DNA of 64,000 bases from Rebecca billardiae RCC1528 (GCA_965240325.2 OZ251231.1:1116001-1180000), one strand, 5' to 3'; counted from the stretch's first letter, positions 31,363 through 44,480 are shown. Numbers and translations are program-made. The notes: generated by a model not told the origin, from the letters alone.

Positions 31363-34135
31363 GGCATCGGCGGGAGGCAGGGCGGCGGCGGCCGGACCGG
31401 ATGGAGCCACCGCCGTGGCTGCCGGCGGGCAGGACGGGGGTACGACGCGCCGCCACTCGGTGCACGCCATGCCGGGCCCGTCGCCACGCACGCCCCGCTT
31501 CCGCGCCGTCGGCGTCGACGGGGCGGCGTGCTCAGCGGCCTCGCGCCGCGCGAGCGTGGCAAGCGGCGGCGTGGCCAGCCGACCCCTAAGCCCTGCGCGC
31601 GCGGCCGCGAGCGCGTGGCCACCGGTGGGCGAGGGCTCGCGGCCACGCAGCGCGTCGATGGGCGGCGCGCGGGTGCCCGTCCCACGCTCCGGTGGACGCG
31701 GCGACCTTGCCCCCCGCGCGCATGCGAGCACGCGTGCCGCGCCTCAGCCGGCGTTGGCGCCGCGCGCGGCGCACTCGTCGCCGGCGTCGAGCCAAATCGC
31801 CGACAGCGGCCGCGGCGGCGCCGCGCCCCTGTCGGACGCGGCGCCGCCGTCGGCGCACGTGCCCCCCGCGTGGGCAGCGCAGGCGGACGGCGCGAGCGAG
31901 TCGACGCGCAGCTCCACGCCGAGCGCCGAGCCCGCGCACCCGAGCGCGGAGCCCCAGGCCACCCCGTCGGCGCCGCCGCCCGCATGCTGGTGTAACCTAG
32001 GCGAGCTGATGCCTCCGGCGACGGTGCCCGCGCCGCTGCCGGGCGCGAAGCGACGGTCGCAGCCCTCGCCGCGCTTCGTGCTCTCGCCGCGAGTCGCGCA
32101 GCCGCCCGTGCAGACGTCACGCACTGCGTACGCACCCGCACTGCCGCCCACGCCGGCGTGGGCGCCGCCGCCCTCCGCCACACCGCGCGCGCACACCGCC
32201 CGCGTGCTTGAGCCGCCGCCCTCGGCCGCGCACGCGCCGCGCGTGCACGAGCGCTCGCGCCCGCAGCTCCTGCCTGCGGCGCACGCGGGGGCTGCGGAGG
32301 ACGCGGCCGGCCGTGCGCACGAGGGCGGCAAGCTGCGCCCCGCGCCCAGACAGATCGACGTGGGCGGCGCCCGGCCCACGGACGTGGGCGGCGATGGCAG
32401 CGGAGGCGGAGGCGGAGGCGGAGGAGGCGGAGGCGGAGGCGGAGGCGACGGCGCTGATCCGCGCAGCCCATATCGAGTGGGCAAGGCTGCGCTGGTGCGC
32501 GCCGGGTCGGTGGAGCTGCGCGAGGCAGGCGCCGCGCCCGCGCCCGACGCCGAGCTCGGCGCGCCAGCCGGCTGGGCGCTCTCGACCGTGCCACCGCCGT
32601 ACCACGCCGCACCGCCGCGGCAGTGCCGCTCAGGCAGCGGCGGCGCCGCCCTCACGGCCCGCGCGGCTTCGAAAGGCTCGGGCGCCGCGGCGGCGCGCGG
32701 CGCGGGGGCCGGGGGTGCGCGGAGCGGCGCCGCGACGGCGCGCCCGCCGATCCCTACGGCGCCCTCGCAGGCCGCGCTCGACCACTTCCACGAGCTCGTG
32801 CAGGGCCCGCGCTCCGCTGCGCACGCTTCGCACGCGGCCATTGCGGGCGGCGGCGCGGACACGTCACGACCTCTGCAGCTCACGGCGTACGCGGCGGCGA
32901 TGAAGGCGCGGCAGACGCTCGTGCGCAAGGCGGTGCAGAAGCGCGACGAGCGGGGCAGCCGCAGCCGGCGCAACTCGCTGCAGCACTGGCGCGAGATCCG
33001 CGAGCGCCGTCGCTCCTCAGTGAGCAGTGTGGCGTCCGCCATCGCCCCCAACGAGGCGGCGCCCGAGGCCGCGGCGGCCGGAGCCAACGACGGCGGCTGG
33101 GCGTGTGACGCGGTGGCCGCCGCCGCGGTGGCCGCAGTCGCTGCGGCCAGGGAGGGCGGGCGCGGAGGCGCAGGGCATGCCGTGGTGGGCACGCGCCGGA
33201 GCGCGCAGCCGTTGACGGCCCCGCCCGCGCGCGAGCGAGCGAATGAGCTCCGCTCGGATGCCATGGCCGGCGGCGACGCTGCGCCCCGCGCCGCGGCGCC
33301 CCCGCCGCGGCCGTCGTACACGGGCTCCGATGCCGACGAGCCACCCAGCGCGCCCACCGCTGGCGCGCTGCCGTTCGCCGACCCGGTGTACGCGCTGGCG
33401 AGCGCGTCGCAGGTCAGCATCCGCTCGGCGCACACGCCACTCGCCGCCGCCGCCGCGCCCGGCGCCGCGAGGGGGGCCTCGCCCATGGGCGCCGAGGCCT
33501 ACGCATGGTACGGCGCAGCGGCCAGCAGCGGCAACGGGCCGCCCGAGGACTTGGTGGCCGCCGTGCAGGCGGCGAAGCACGAGCTCGAGATCCGGAGGCA
33601 GCGCGACCGCTGGGCCGTGCAGCACGGCGTGTACGGCGAAGACTCGGCGGCCGTCGCCGCAATCACGCGCGGGCGGCACGAGGCGATGAGCGTGCACGAC
33701 TTCCTCGACGCGATGCACGCGGAGAGAACAGCGACCGAGCGCGCGCTCGAAGCGGACCGGCGCGCCGAGCTGGCGCGGCTGCGGCGCGGGCACGCGCCAC
33801 GGGTGGAGCCGCGAGCGGCATGGCCGGCAGGAACGGACAAGTCGCCGTCCACCCCGCCCAGCGAGCGCGAGCACACCGCCGAGGCGGCGAGCAGTGAGCA
33901 GCCTGCTGAGCAGGCGGCGCCGCGCGAGCCTGCCCCTGCATCGGAAGGCCCGGCGGACAGACATCAACTGTCAGGCCAACCTGGGCCGCAGGCACAGCCT
34001 CCGCCTGCAGGCCATCCGCTGGACGGGTCGGAGCCTGGCGGCCGAGACCTCGACCGGCGCCACGACGAGGTGGAGGCCGACGCCGGCACTCTCGACGACC
34101 TGCTGCTGGCAGTGGCTGCTGGTCAGTCGTATTGA
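30653..34135 (+). CDS. Large low-complexity Ala/Pro/Arg-rich protein of unknown function
   Basis: Long open frame of over 1100 codons with short helical charged segments; no recognisable domain. The first ATG was used. Confidence 0.5.
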
Positions 34136-34427
34136 GCTGAGACTGCGCTGTCCCGCTGGCGGCGCCGTTGCGGTTGCGGTCTGCGGAGCCGTGGCGGCGG
34201 CGTGATTGACTATACGACGACATCATCAAGCGGCTCACTACACGGTCTGATGTGACTCCGATCGTCGATCGAGCACTGCCCGGCACGCGCGCAGCATCGG
34301 TGCTATGCCGGTAGTATGCCCTGGGAGCGGAAGCCCGAGGCGCGCGCGCCGTCCGGCCTTATGGCCGAGTCGCCTGCCGCCAGTCACAGTGACAGTGCGT
34401 GACTGTGAGTGATGATGATATGATGAT

Positions 34428-35378
34428 GGCTCCGGTCACTGTCCGGGACGTCCAGCAGGGGTGCATTCAGACTCTCTGGGGGGGTCTGGGGGGGGCTCCC
34501 CCCAGCCGATCGAAGGACCAAATACGCCTCAATAAGGCCCCAACTCGCCAGAATTCGCATAGCAGACCGTGTTCGCTGGTGTTGGCTGAGGGCTGCGTCG
34601 TGCGGCGTCGGCTCTGCGCCGGGCGGCCATGACGCATTGCACACAGCCCCAATATCGGCGCCTCCCTCGCGAGTCAAGACGTAGCGTAGTGCAGGATCGA
34701 GCAACGCATTGACCGCTGCGGCGCACCGCGCAGGCCACGCCGCACCTTAGCACTCGCGAACAAGCTCTGAGCCAGCCAGCTGTGGCAGTCCTCTGAGGAG
34801 CTGCAGCCAAGCACGAGCTCGTGCGCATACCAGTGGCACCACGAGCTGACGGCGCGGCCCGGGGCGCGAGCAGCTAGAAGCCGACAAGCTCATGCGCACG
34901 CCCGCACCGCCGTGAGATGTGGCCGCCGGCGCGAGCAGCTCGACGCGGAAAGCGCGCAGCTTGCTCGAGTCGACGAGCAGCTTCTCGCCCATCGGTGACT
35001 CTCAGTGCACGAAGGTGCACCCGGGGCGCGAGCGCGACAGGGTGCCGCGGCCAACCAGCGGATGCGCCCGGATCAAGGCCTCCAAGACGTCTCGTCTCCT
35101 CGCCCGCTCGGCGGCGCTCCATCGTGCGAGAGACCGGTCCGGGAGCCCAAAAAAAAGTTCAGCACGATGGAGTCCTCCGTGTTCGACTGTGACGACGCGT
35201 TCAAGGACAAGGAAACATACGAAATCGTCTGCGGCTTCGGTTTTGAACCTGCGGCTTCGTCCGCCGCCCCGGAGACCTTTCGATTGGTACCCTCATCGCT
35301 CCCTGGCTCCCAGGGGTTCGTCTAAATGCACCCCCCCCATAGGGTCAGTGGACGTCCCTGACTGTGGCGGCTGGAGCC
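34428..35378. mobile_element. Non-autonomous TIR DNA transposon (MITE), copy 1; 4-bp TSD TGAT
   Basis: Termini GGCTCC...GGAGCC with subterminal inverted CAC(T/A)GTC(C/A)GGGACGTCCA..GGGGTGCATT, flanked by TGAT on both sides. Homologous along its length to 40993-41971. Confidence 0.8.
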
Positions 35379-35506
35379 TGATATGTGTCTGCCAGTCGGA
35401 TGTGAGCATCAGTATAGTACTGATGACTGCTAACTGAGTGGACGGTGAGTTAGTTTGACAGTAGCAGTAGTCTGTAGAGTGTAGTACTGACGACTTGTAC
35501 CCGACT

Positions 35507-38500
35507 CTAGATCTGCGGCCGCGAGCGCCGCTGCTGAGCCCACGGCTGCGCTGCGGGTGCTGCGGCGATGCCAGGCGCAGACTCCTCCGTCATACTCGCG
35601 CACGAGTCGCGCTCAGGGAGCGGCTTGAAGGTGCCGCTGGCAAAGGTGCCGCTGTTAAAGGTGCTGCTGGCCGCGCGCGACGATGTGCGCGACCGGAGGC
35701 TCATGGCCATGCTCGTCCGACGGCTGAGGGACTCGTTCCGCTCGAGCGCGAGCTGCTCCTGCAGCAGCGTGGTGATGAAGGCGATGCCGGTGGACGTCTT
35801 GTCGACGCAGTGGTCGAGGCCCGACGCCTCGAACGCGAGGCGATCCGGGCTCCCCACCGGATCGCCGGTGATCCCGACGATCGGCATCGTGTGCCCCATG
35901 GCTCGGATCCTCTCTGTCGCGAGCGAGCCGACCATCACGGGCATCTGATGCGCCGCCGAGCGCGCGCGCGGAGCGGCGGGAGGGCGGCACCGCGCGGTGT
36001 CGCGTCGCGTGTGAGCACCGCGCGCGCGGGGACCACGACGCGGCGCGCCGCGCGCCTCGCGGCCGCGGCGCAGCACGCGCACCTGATTGTCCATGATAAT
36101 GATGGAGTAGGGCGGCTCGCCGTCGGCGGCGCGCTTCTCGATCATGTCGAGCGCCTCCTGACCGTTCTGCGCGAGGTGGCGCGGGAAGCCGAGGCCTTGG
36201 AAGAGGTTGGCGTCGAAGACCCACTGCAGCATCGGGTCGTCCTGCGTGCGCGCGCGCGCGCGCGCGAGGGCGAGAGAGAAGCCGGGGCGCGCGCACGTGA
36301 GCAGCAGACGGCGGCAGCGGCGCGCGTGGCGCGCACTCGTCGCGCGCCGGAAGTGGCGCTCGGGTCTGGGCGCGGCGGCGCGGCGCAGCGCGGCGCGGCG
36401 CGCACCTCGACGTGCAGGCAGAGGCACGTCACCTCGGGCTCGGCACTCATCACGTCGGCCGCGGGAGGCGCGGCCAGCATCGCGTCCGCCGGCGGGTGCA
36501 GCCTGGCCTCGTGCGCGTCCGTCTCCGAGTGCATCTTGCGCGGCATCGGCGGCGTCGGGTCGTCCGTACTCGCCTCCTCGAGCTGCAGCGAGTGCGCGGC
36601 GTTGAGCTCCGCGGAGGAGTGCGCGCGCGAGGCGATGGGCGGCGGCGCGGGCGCGGGCGAGTCGCTCTGGAACGAGCCCTCCGCATGGCTGCTGCCATCC
36701 GAGCAGCGCCGCCCGACGAAGCGGTCCTGCGCCGCCTCGGAGAAGCGCGAGTTGAGTTGGCCAGAGCCCATCGATTTGGCGCCGTGCCGCCGCTTGCTGA
36801 GCGCGAGGTTGAGGCGCAGCTCGAAGGTGGTGCCCTCGTTGCGCCCGGTGGAGGAGAGGAGCAGGTCGGACGCGTCGTGCAGCTTGAGGATGTGCCGCAC
36901 GATCGTGAGCCCCAGCCCCGTGCCCCCGCGCCCCTGCAGCTGCCCCTGCCCCACCTGCGAGAAGACGTCACCCGCGTGCAGCTTCTCGAGCTCGTTCGGC
37001 AGGAGGCCGACGCCCGTGTCCTTGACCTGGATGTGCAGCCGCGCGAAGCCCTGCTTGGCGGAGTCGGACTCGAAGGCGATGACGGTGATCGAGCCGCCCG
37101 CCGCGGTGAACTTGCACGCGTTCGAGATGCCGTTCGACAGGCACTGCAGCAGCCGCGACAGGTCGCCGCGGTACCGCCGGCCAATCATCGAGCGCGGGAT
37201 CGGCTTGAAGTCGATGGTGATGCCCTTGCCGTGGGCGAGGCCCGAGAAGGCGGACTCGGCCTGGCTGAGCAGCTCGCGCGCGGTGAACGAGGTCTTCGCG
37301 AGCTTCAGCCGCCCCGAGTCGATCCGCTCGAAGTCCAGCATGTCGCCGACCACGTTCTCCATCAGCTGCGTGCACGAGAGCATCGCGTCGAGGCTCTTGC
37401 CCACGTACGCGTCGTCGAGCTGCACGAGCGGCGGGTGCGCGACGAGGCCCTTCGCGACGGAGAGCACGGTGAGCAGCGGCGAGCGCAGGTCGTGCATCAC
37501 CTGCGCCGCGTGCGGGGGCGGCGCGTGGCGCGAGGCGCGCGGTCAGGAGGCGGGCAGCGCGCGCGCGCGCGGCGCGGCGCGCTCGCGCGGCGCGCTCGGC
37601 GCGCGCCGCGCCGCACCACGCGGATCAGCTTGGAGCGCGCCGCCGACGCGGCTTGCGAGTTGGCCTGGCGGAAGTGCATCTCGACCTCCGTGCTCTTCAG
37701 CCGCTGCCACTGGTCCGCCGCCTTCACCACCGAGCGCGCGAGGTGCCACTGCCGGCGGTGCGCCGCCATCCGCGTCGCGATCGATCGGAAGATGATGGCC
37801 AGCACGACGAGCGTGAGGATCGCGCCGCGCGCGACGAGCGGCTGCGCAAACGGCGGCGAGGGCAGCGTGCAGAAGGCGCTCAGGGTGGCGGCGAACGAGA
37901 CGATCTGGAACGCCGCGAACGGGATGAGCTCCGTCGACGAGTACACGCCGACCAGCACCGCGAACGCCACCTCCTTGAGCAGCAGGCTGAGGCGCACGCT
38001 GTCGTGCCGGAGGCCGAGCTCGGCGGCCGCCGCCGCGCCGTCGGGCGCGGGCGCGCCGTCCCTCGCGGGGACGGTCGCGACCGTCGTGAGCACGGAGATG
38101 AGGGCGAGCGCGGCGGGCAGCCCCGCCTCGACGACGCTGAGCGGCACGCGCTGCAGGTGCAGCTTCGCCCGGTACGTCGACACCGGGTTGGTCGCGAGCA
38201 GGCACGCGATCACGAGGAGCGCGCCGAGCAGCGCGCCGTGCGTGTGCCGGAACGCGACGGCCGTCGCGGCCTCCTGCGCGGTCCAGCACGCGACGAGCAC
38301 GGCGAGCACGAGGCCCAGCTTGCGCGCGTCGTGCAGGATCAGCTGGTGCAGCTGGTGCGACTTGTACTCCAGCTCGAGCGGCGGCTTGACGAACGTGCCG
38401 GCCATCGTCGTCCGGCCGCCCTTGGACGGCCGCGTGCCGGCGCCGAGCATGCCCTGCGCCGACTCGAGCGCGTCGGTGGGCGCCTCGATCCGGTCCTCCG

Positions 38501-39314
38501 TGAGCTGGGGGTGCACGGCCGGCGCCTCGCGACTCTTCCCCCGCGGGCCCGCGGAGCAGCACAGCGAGGTCAGCGCCGTGTGCCACATCGCAGCGGCCTT
38601 GCGCTCGAACGCGGACACGTCGAAGCTGTCGTTGGCGGCGCGGTTGATGGACGGCGCCGTGCGCGGCTGGCTGTGCGTCGTCTGGTCGTGGCTCAGGCCC
38701 CCCGTGTAGCCGGAGACGACGGAGTCGCGGTCGCCGTCCGAGCCCTCCTTGATGTCCTCGATGCTCATGTGCCACGAGACGGAGAAGCCCTCCTGCGCCG
38801 TGGGCAGCCGCGTCATCGTCACGCGCTGCCGGTGCACGCGCAGCGCGGCCGCGGTCACGATGCCCTCAGTGAGCGGCGCGAGGAGCGCGCCGCGGCTCGA
38901 GGAGTAGCCGACAATCATCTTCCCCGGCTCGCTGCCCTGCTGCACGTGCACCGAGGGGAAGCTCGAGTGCTTGTACGCGCCCGAGTCGCGGTAACGGTCG
39001 TGCAGCTCGTTGACATTCTTGAGGCAATCAACAATCGTGGGCCCGTACGAGCGGATGAAGTCGAGGTTATCATTCTCGTGGAGGAAGGTGATGAAATGGC
39101 CGCCGAGCAGGCGCAGGCCGATCTCCTCGCTCACCCCGAGCAGATTCGACGCAGCGCGCACGAGCCGGAGCGAGAGCGCGTCGTCGTGCTGCCGCAGCGC
39201 GACGATCGAGTCCTCGTCGCCTTCCGCGAACTCCTCGAGCATCTCCGCCCAGCCCTCCCTCCCCGCGTGTTTGATCACCATGCTCCGAAGAGTGACGTGC
39301 ATGACCCCGTGCAT
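35507..39314 (-). CDS. H-NOX-6TM hybrid histidine kinase (H-NOX + TM + HisKA + HATPase_c + REC), copy A; exons 39314-37617, 37500-36406, 36241-36083, 35944-35507; 1129 aa
   Basis: H-NOX: MHGVMH start, proximal His in VNELHD, FPS, YSSSR (YxSxR). Kinase: H-box VMHDLRSPL, N-box SNGISNACKFT, G1 DTGVG, G2 GGTGLGL. Receiver: VEDD, IMDNQMP, ITG, VDK. Confidence 0.9.
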
Positions 39315-39853
39315 GGCGCTCGCGAGGGATGCCCCCCGGGTGCCGACGGCGGAGACGAGCGCGTGGGAAGCAATTGGCCACCACTCACCTCCCGAGGATT
39401 TTAGCTTGTCGTGAAATCGCTCAGCGCAAACCAGCCAATCCACGACGAGCACAGCCGAAACACCAAACATGATTCGACGAACTCCTCAAAAGGAATATGA
39501 TAGGCAAGGGCGGTTGATGACTGATGAGAGGTGTGTGTAGGGTGATTGGAGACTCCTCAATAATCATTGGCCGCTGAAAAAGTTGCTGACGGCCTGACTC
39601 TTCAAGAGGCCCTTGAATCGTTGACGAAGGTGGTTATACGCGACGATTACTTATTGCTTTTAGAATTCGTAGGGCGTTCCCTTGGTTCTGAGAATGTCCG
39701 GAGCATAACTGCATGTCACATGAGAGTTTTTCTGCCGCCCAGCCGGACGGACGGTTGTCCGGTGCTGACCCGGAGTAGGACATGTTCGCCACCCCAATAT
39801 TATAATAATAAATTCGACCGCGCGGCGCGCGCGCGCAATTACTGGTGAGCACC

Positions 39854-40351
39854 ATGGCGGCGCGCCTCTCGTCGTCGCCGAGCGATTGGCTCGTCGTGGC
39901 GCTGCACGTCTATTTCATGCTGATGAATGTCACCGTCGAGCGCTGGTACTGCCATGGGCCGCTGACGAAGGGCGACAAGCGCTTCTTGATGGCTGACACG
40001 TACAACTTTGCCGAAAAGTTCAACCCCCTCTTCCTCGCGCGACCCGAATGGATGCGGCTTGCGACGTGCGCGTCGGCCTACGGATTCCTGCCGTTCTATG
40101 CCTTCACGACGTTCACAGCCGCGACGGCATCGTGGGCCAGAGCGCGCACGGTGCTCACCCTATTCGCCGGCGCCAAGCTCTACGCTGTGCTCTTCTACCA
40201 CCTTTCCGAGTTTACGTCCAGCACGCCACCGCCCAGTCCTGCTGTGTACTTTGGGCCCGAAGGGCCCTACCTCGTCTCGATCGCACTCGTCCTCACGAAG
40301 GTGACCACGGCCGCGTCGTCGGCTGGTGCCGCACGTCCAAAAGCTGCGTGA
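39854..40351 (+). CDS. EXPERA (TMEM97/TM6SF/EBP-superfamily) 4-TM membrane protein
   Basis: 165 aa with four hydrophobic segments; Y..AEKFNPLFLARPEW and a C-terminal YFGPEGPYL pattern. Confidence 0.6.
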   Translation: MAARLSSSPSDWLVVALHVYFMLMNVTVERWYCHGPLTKGDKRFLMADTYNFAEKFNPLFLARPEWMRLATCASAYGFLPFYAFTTFTAATASWARARTVLTLFAGAKLYAVLFYHLSEFTSSTPPPSPAVYFGPEGPYLVSIALVLTKVTTAASSAGAARPKAA

Positions 40352-40992
40352 CGACCGCGATGGCAGGTGGCAAGGATGTGGCATATGCCCCAGCCTGTGC
40401 CTCGCAGTGGCCCACCACCCAACCACGCCTGTTGCCTGTTGGCTGCATGTCGCTTGCCAGACCACCCACGGGCGTGTGTGCCTACTGACAGTGTGCCGGC
40501 TGCTGAGTGCTGAAGACACGTACTCGGACGCACTCCAGGCTCACAAGTCAGGAGGCCCACTCCGCATCTGACCGAGTGCCGTCGTGGCGCCTGGCGGACG
40601 GCGCTGCCAGTTGAAATCCGCCTCCGGAGTCCGGGGGATTCGGGGAAGTCCGACCGTCCGCGGCGACCCGCCGCGGCCGCCGCCATGCACCCCACACTCG
40701 GGCCCGGCCCCGGGCCCGGGGCCGGGGCCGGGCGCGGGGAATCGGCCATCGGGCCCGACCGCTGCGGGGCACCATTCGCCAAGGCGGGCAAGGGCAAGGG
40801 TGCCATGAGGCATGATGCCCGAGCGCTCCGGTAAAGTTACACTGGCCTTATAGAGGAGCAGAGCTGTTATAATACGAGTACCGTGCCCCTGTGAGTGCCT
40901 GTGACTCGGGCCCCGGGCAGTGACTGGCGTGAGTGACCGACGGTCACCCTCGGGTCACGTTGGCTGCACGGGCTGACGACTGAGTCACACTA

Positions 40993-41971
40993 GGCTCCAG
41001 CCAGTAGCCACACGGTCAGGGACGTCCACTGACCCTATGGGGGGGGTGCATTTAGTCGAACCCCTGGGAGCCAGGAAGCGATGAGGGTACCAATCGAAAG
41101 ATCTCCGGGGCGGCGGACGAAGTAACGTAGTCCTCATCGAAGTAATCGACGTCTTCTCACGCCTCGACGTGTCGAAGGCGTCGTCACGTCGAACACGGAG
41201 GACTCCATCGTGCTGAACTTTTTTTTTCAAGTTCCCGGACTCCAACGGTGAGCTGCGGCCATGTCGGGTGTCGCAGCCGCGCCCGGCGCGCGGAGACGTC
41301 AGCTGGCCAAGCAGATAGAGGACCATCCGATGACGACGGGCTCGCTGACGCGCTCGCGTGGGTGGGACAATGCGCGCGCATCTCCCAACGAGCGCAGGTA
41401 CACGGTGACCCTGGCTTGCCCTGGCCATACGGATTGCCGTTGCCCGAAGCACGTCATGGTTGCCGCCACTGGGAGTCGCCGCCGGGCGAGAAGCTGCGCG
41501 TCAACTCGAGCGAGCTGCGCGCTGTCGGCGTCGAGCTGCTCGCGCCCCGGGCCGCGCCGTCAGCTCGCGGAGGCGCGGGCGTGCGCACGAGCTCGCGCTT
41601 GGCTGACGGCTCAGCGAGTTCGCGAGCGCGCCGAGGTGCGGCGGCCGCGGCGGCGGTCAATGCGTCGCTCGATCCAGCACTACGCTACGTCTTGACTAGC
41701 GAGGGAGACGCCGAGATCAGGGCTTTGTGCGAGGCGTCGCATGGTCGTCGCGAGGCGGCGCACAGCTGACGCTGTCAATCGACGCCGCTGCACGGCTCCG
41801 GCCCTCAGGCTCAGCGCAGCATTTGCGGCAGTCTGCGCCCATGCAAATCTGGCGAGTTGGGCCCCTATTGAGGCGTATTTGGTCCTTCGATGGGCTGGGG
41901 GGAGCCCCCCCCAGACCCCCCCAAATGGTTAAATGCACCCCTGCTGGACGTCCCGGACAGTGACCAGAGCC
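40993..41971. mobile_element. MITE copy 2 (opposite orientation to copy 1); 4-bp TSD ACTA
   Basis: GGCTCC...AGAGCC termini flanked by ACTA on both sides; same subterminal repeats; diverged internal homology to copy 1. Confidence 0.8.
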
Positions 41972-42183
41972 ACTACCGCATAGCCACTATCGATCGTCAG
42001 AATAATACTACTACAGATATCGACCAACGCGGTGTCCAGGGTCCCCAACAGCCAGTGCGCAGCGCGGCAGAGGCTGGGGAAGAGGCAGGTCGCCGCTCGC
42101 CAGTGGCAGTGGCACTCGCCCGAGTCGCCCCGGCGGGGCCCGCCGCCGTGCCGCACGGCGGCGGGGCCGCTCGCGCCGTGCGC

Positions 42184-43048
42184 TCCTGCGGCCGTCGGGT
42201 CGGGCTGCAGTGCGGCGCGGGGCTTCAGCCATGGCAGAGGCGCCCGGTGCCTCTCGCTGCGCCGCGCGCCTTCCTCGTCCTCGCCTCCTCCGCGCCTTGA
42301 AGCAGCACGCACACGCGCGGCGCCGCACATAACGCAGCGCAGGCACTCGCGCGCAAGCGCGCGCGACGGGCTCGACTCGGGGCTCGAGCCGGTGCGTGGG
42401 CATGCAGTACCATCGCATGCGCGCGCGACGCCGCCTCGAGCCTACCCGTTTGACCGTCAGTGCATGCTGATGTACGATACAAAATGGTCTTACCTGGCAT
42501 CATCACACGAGTGCCGCGCAATTAAGCATGAACAACGGGCTTTGAGTGCGTAGATGCGATCGATGCGGAGGCTTGAATCACGCTTGCGGTCGCTTCTCGT
42601 GGAATGTGTACGCTTGCTGAGAAGCGCCACGAGCGTGGCTGTCATCGTGCCTTGCCTAAGAAATCATCCAGACGCAGGGCAGCTTCTGGTGAGGCTGCGC
42701 CAGTACCATGTCGAACTAACACGAGGACGTGTGAGCCTTTGGCGCGTGACGGTCTCAGCGATGCGCACTTGCGCAGGCTCGAGGTGGCGTCACGCGTGCA
42801 TGCGATGGTACTGCATGCCCCCGCACCGGCTCGAGCCCCGAGTCGAGCCCGTCGCGCGCTGCGCGCGCGCGCTTGCATGCGAGCGCCTGCGCTGCGTTTG
42901 TGCGGCGCCGCGCGTGTGCGTGCTGCTTCAAGGCGCGGAGGAGGCGAGGACAAGGTGAAGGCGCGCGGCGCAGCGAGGGGCGCCGGGCGGCTATGCCACG
43001 GCTGACGCCCCGCACCACCTCCGCAGCCCGACCCGACGGCCGCAGGAG
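42184..43048. repeat. Foldback element 1: about 260-bp imperfect inverted arms (42184-42443 / 42776-43048)
   Basis: For example, gcgccttgaagcagcacgcacacgcgcggcgccgcaca is mirrored by tgtgcggcgccgcgcgtgtgcgtgctgcttcaaggcgc. Confidence 0.85.
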
Positions 43049-43121
43049 GGTGAGTACCATGGCGTCTGCTCCGGCGATGAAGCGGACCTCAGTTTCAGTG
43101 TTCAGGGCGGAAAGTCCGGGA

Positions 43122-43996
43122 CGTGACGAAACACAAGGAGTTGGTCCGCTGGGGCCGCCCGGGCGCGATGGCAGCCGTGCCCCCGTGCGCTCGCGGCCAC
43201 TTGCCCGCCGTGTGCGTGGCAATATGCGCGTCAGCACCGGCTGGGACATGCCTACGGGATGATATGGGCTATGAACGTACCATCAGTGCGCTTGAATGAC
43301 CGTGTTGCGCGCGTGTGATGCAGTACGCGTGCACCGCTGTGCTTGTTCGCCCGTGCTCACGTCGCTTGCGCCGAACGCGCGGCTGGCATGAGGTTGTGCT
43401 CGGTGAGCGAGTACTGACTGAAGCCACCAAGCGTTTGTGTGAGATGATGCCGCTCTCTCAACGCTTCACCATCTCCACGGTCGCGTCGCATCGCATCTTT
43501 CGGGGCACTTCGAAGCACGCATGCTGCATGATGTATTCCGCGCTCAAAGGGATTTCAAATTAAACAGCAATGGCCTGTCTAGTGGTGTACTGCTTGAGAC
43601 AGCTTGGCATGCGTGCTCCTCCGGAGAACGCAGCTGTAGGGGATGGTGCGCGTCAGGAGCAAGGGCAGGTGCCATGTACATGCTGTCAACGGCCCAAGTC
43701 GGTACTCGCTCACCGAGCACAACCTCGTGCCAGCCGCGCGTTCGGCGCAAGCGACGAGCACGGGCGAACAAGCACAGCGGTGCACGCGTACTGCATCACA
43801 CGCGCGCAACACGGTCATCCAAACGCACTGATGGGATGCTCATAGCCCATATCATCCCGTAGGCACGTCCCAGCCGGTGCTAACGCGCACATTGTCACGC
43901 ACACGGCGGGCAAGTGGCCGCCCGAGCGCACGGGGGCACGGCTGCCATCGCCCGCGACCCCAGCCCGAGCGGACCAACTTCTTGTGCTTCGTCACG
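43122..43996. repeat. Foldback element 2: about 300-bp imperfect inverted arms (43122-43419 / 43697-43996), possibly a MULE-type long-TIR element
   Basis: For example, cctacgggatgatatgggctatga is mirrored by tcatagcccatatcatcccgtagg. AGTCCGGGA occurs at 43113-43121 and 44008-44016. Confidence 0.85.
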
Positions 43997-44480
43997 GCAG
44001 TTGAGAGAGTCCGGGAGATCTCAGATCTCCTGAACTATCTTATGAGAACTTAAATCTTGATGAGACGTGATGACCAGAAGTTGTTCAACGCCAACCGTCA
44101 TTTTATTTGATTGGTCATCAAAGCATCATCATCGTGATTGGTGTTGGGCCGTTGGTGTTCTCAGCTATTGCTAGTCGCGGAATCATATTGGCGCTCAGGT
44201 TGGCGTGATCGTACTGATCGATTTCACAGACTATGATCAATATCTCTAGTAGTAACTTTCAAATGACTACTGTCTACTGTATACACCGCTCATTGGTTAA
44301 CCAATACCCACCCGTCGCTCGGTCACTATTGCTCCGTTGCCGAGGTAAACTGCGACAACGGAAGGCGGCTCCTCGCGGCTCACCGGCAACCCACGTTGCC
44401 CCCTCTTAACCAGCTCCCACACACACAAGGGAGCGCTCGTCTCCGCCATCAGCACCCGGGGGGCATCCCTCGCGAGCGCC

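Noticed and set aside
36412-38709. Long Arg/Ala-rich antisense and alternate-frame ORFs here and throughout the window
   Set aside because: They are shadow ORFs caused by stop-codon scarcity at very high GC, and overlap well-supported genes.
39315-39470. 52-aa N-terminal extension of kinase copy A from ATG 39470
   Set aside because: It is not shared with copy B beyond about 48 bp, and H-NOX domains normally begin at the M-x-G start (39314).
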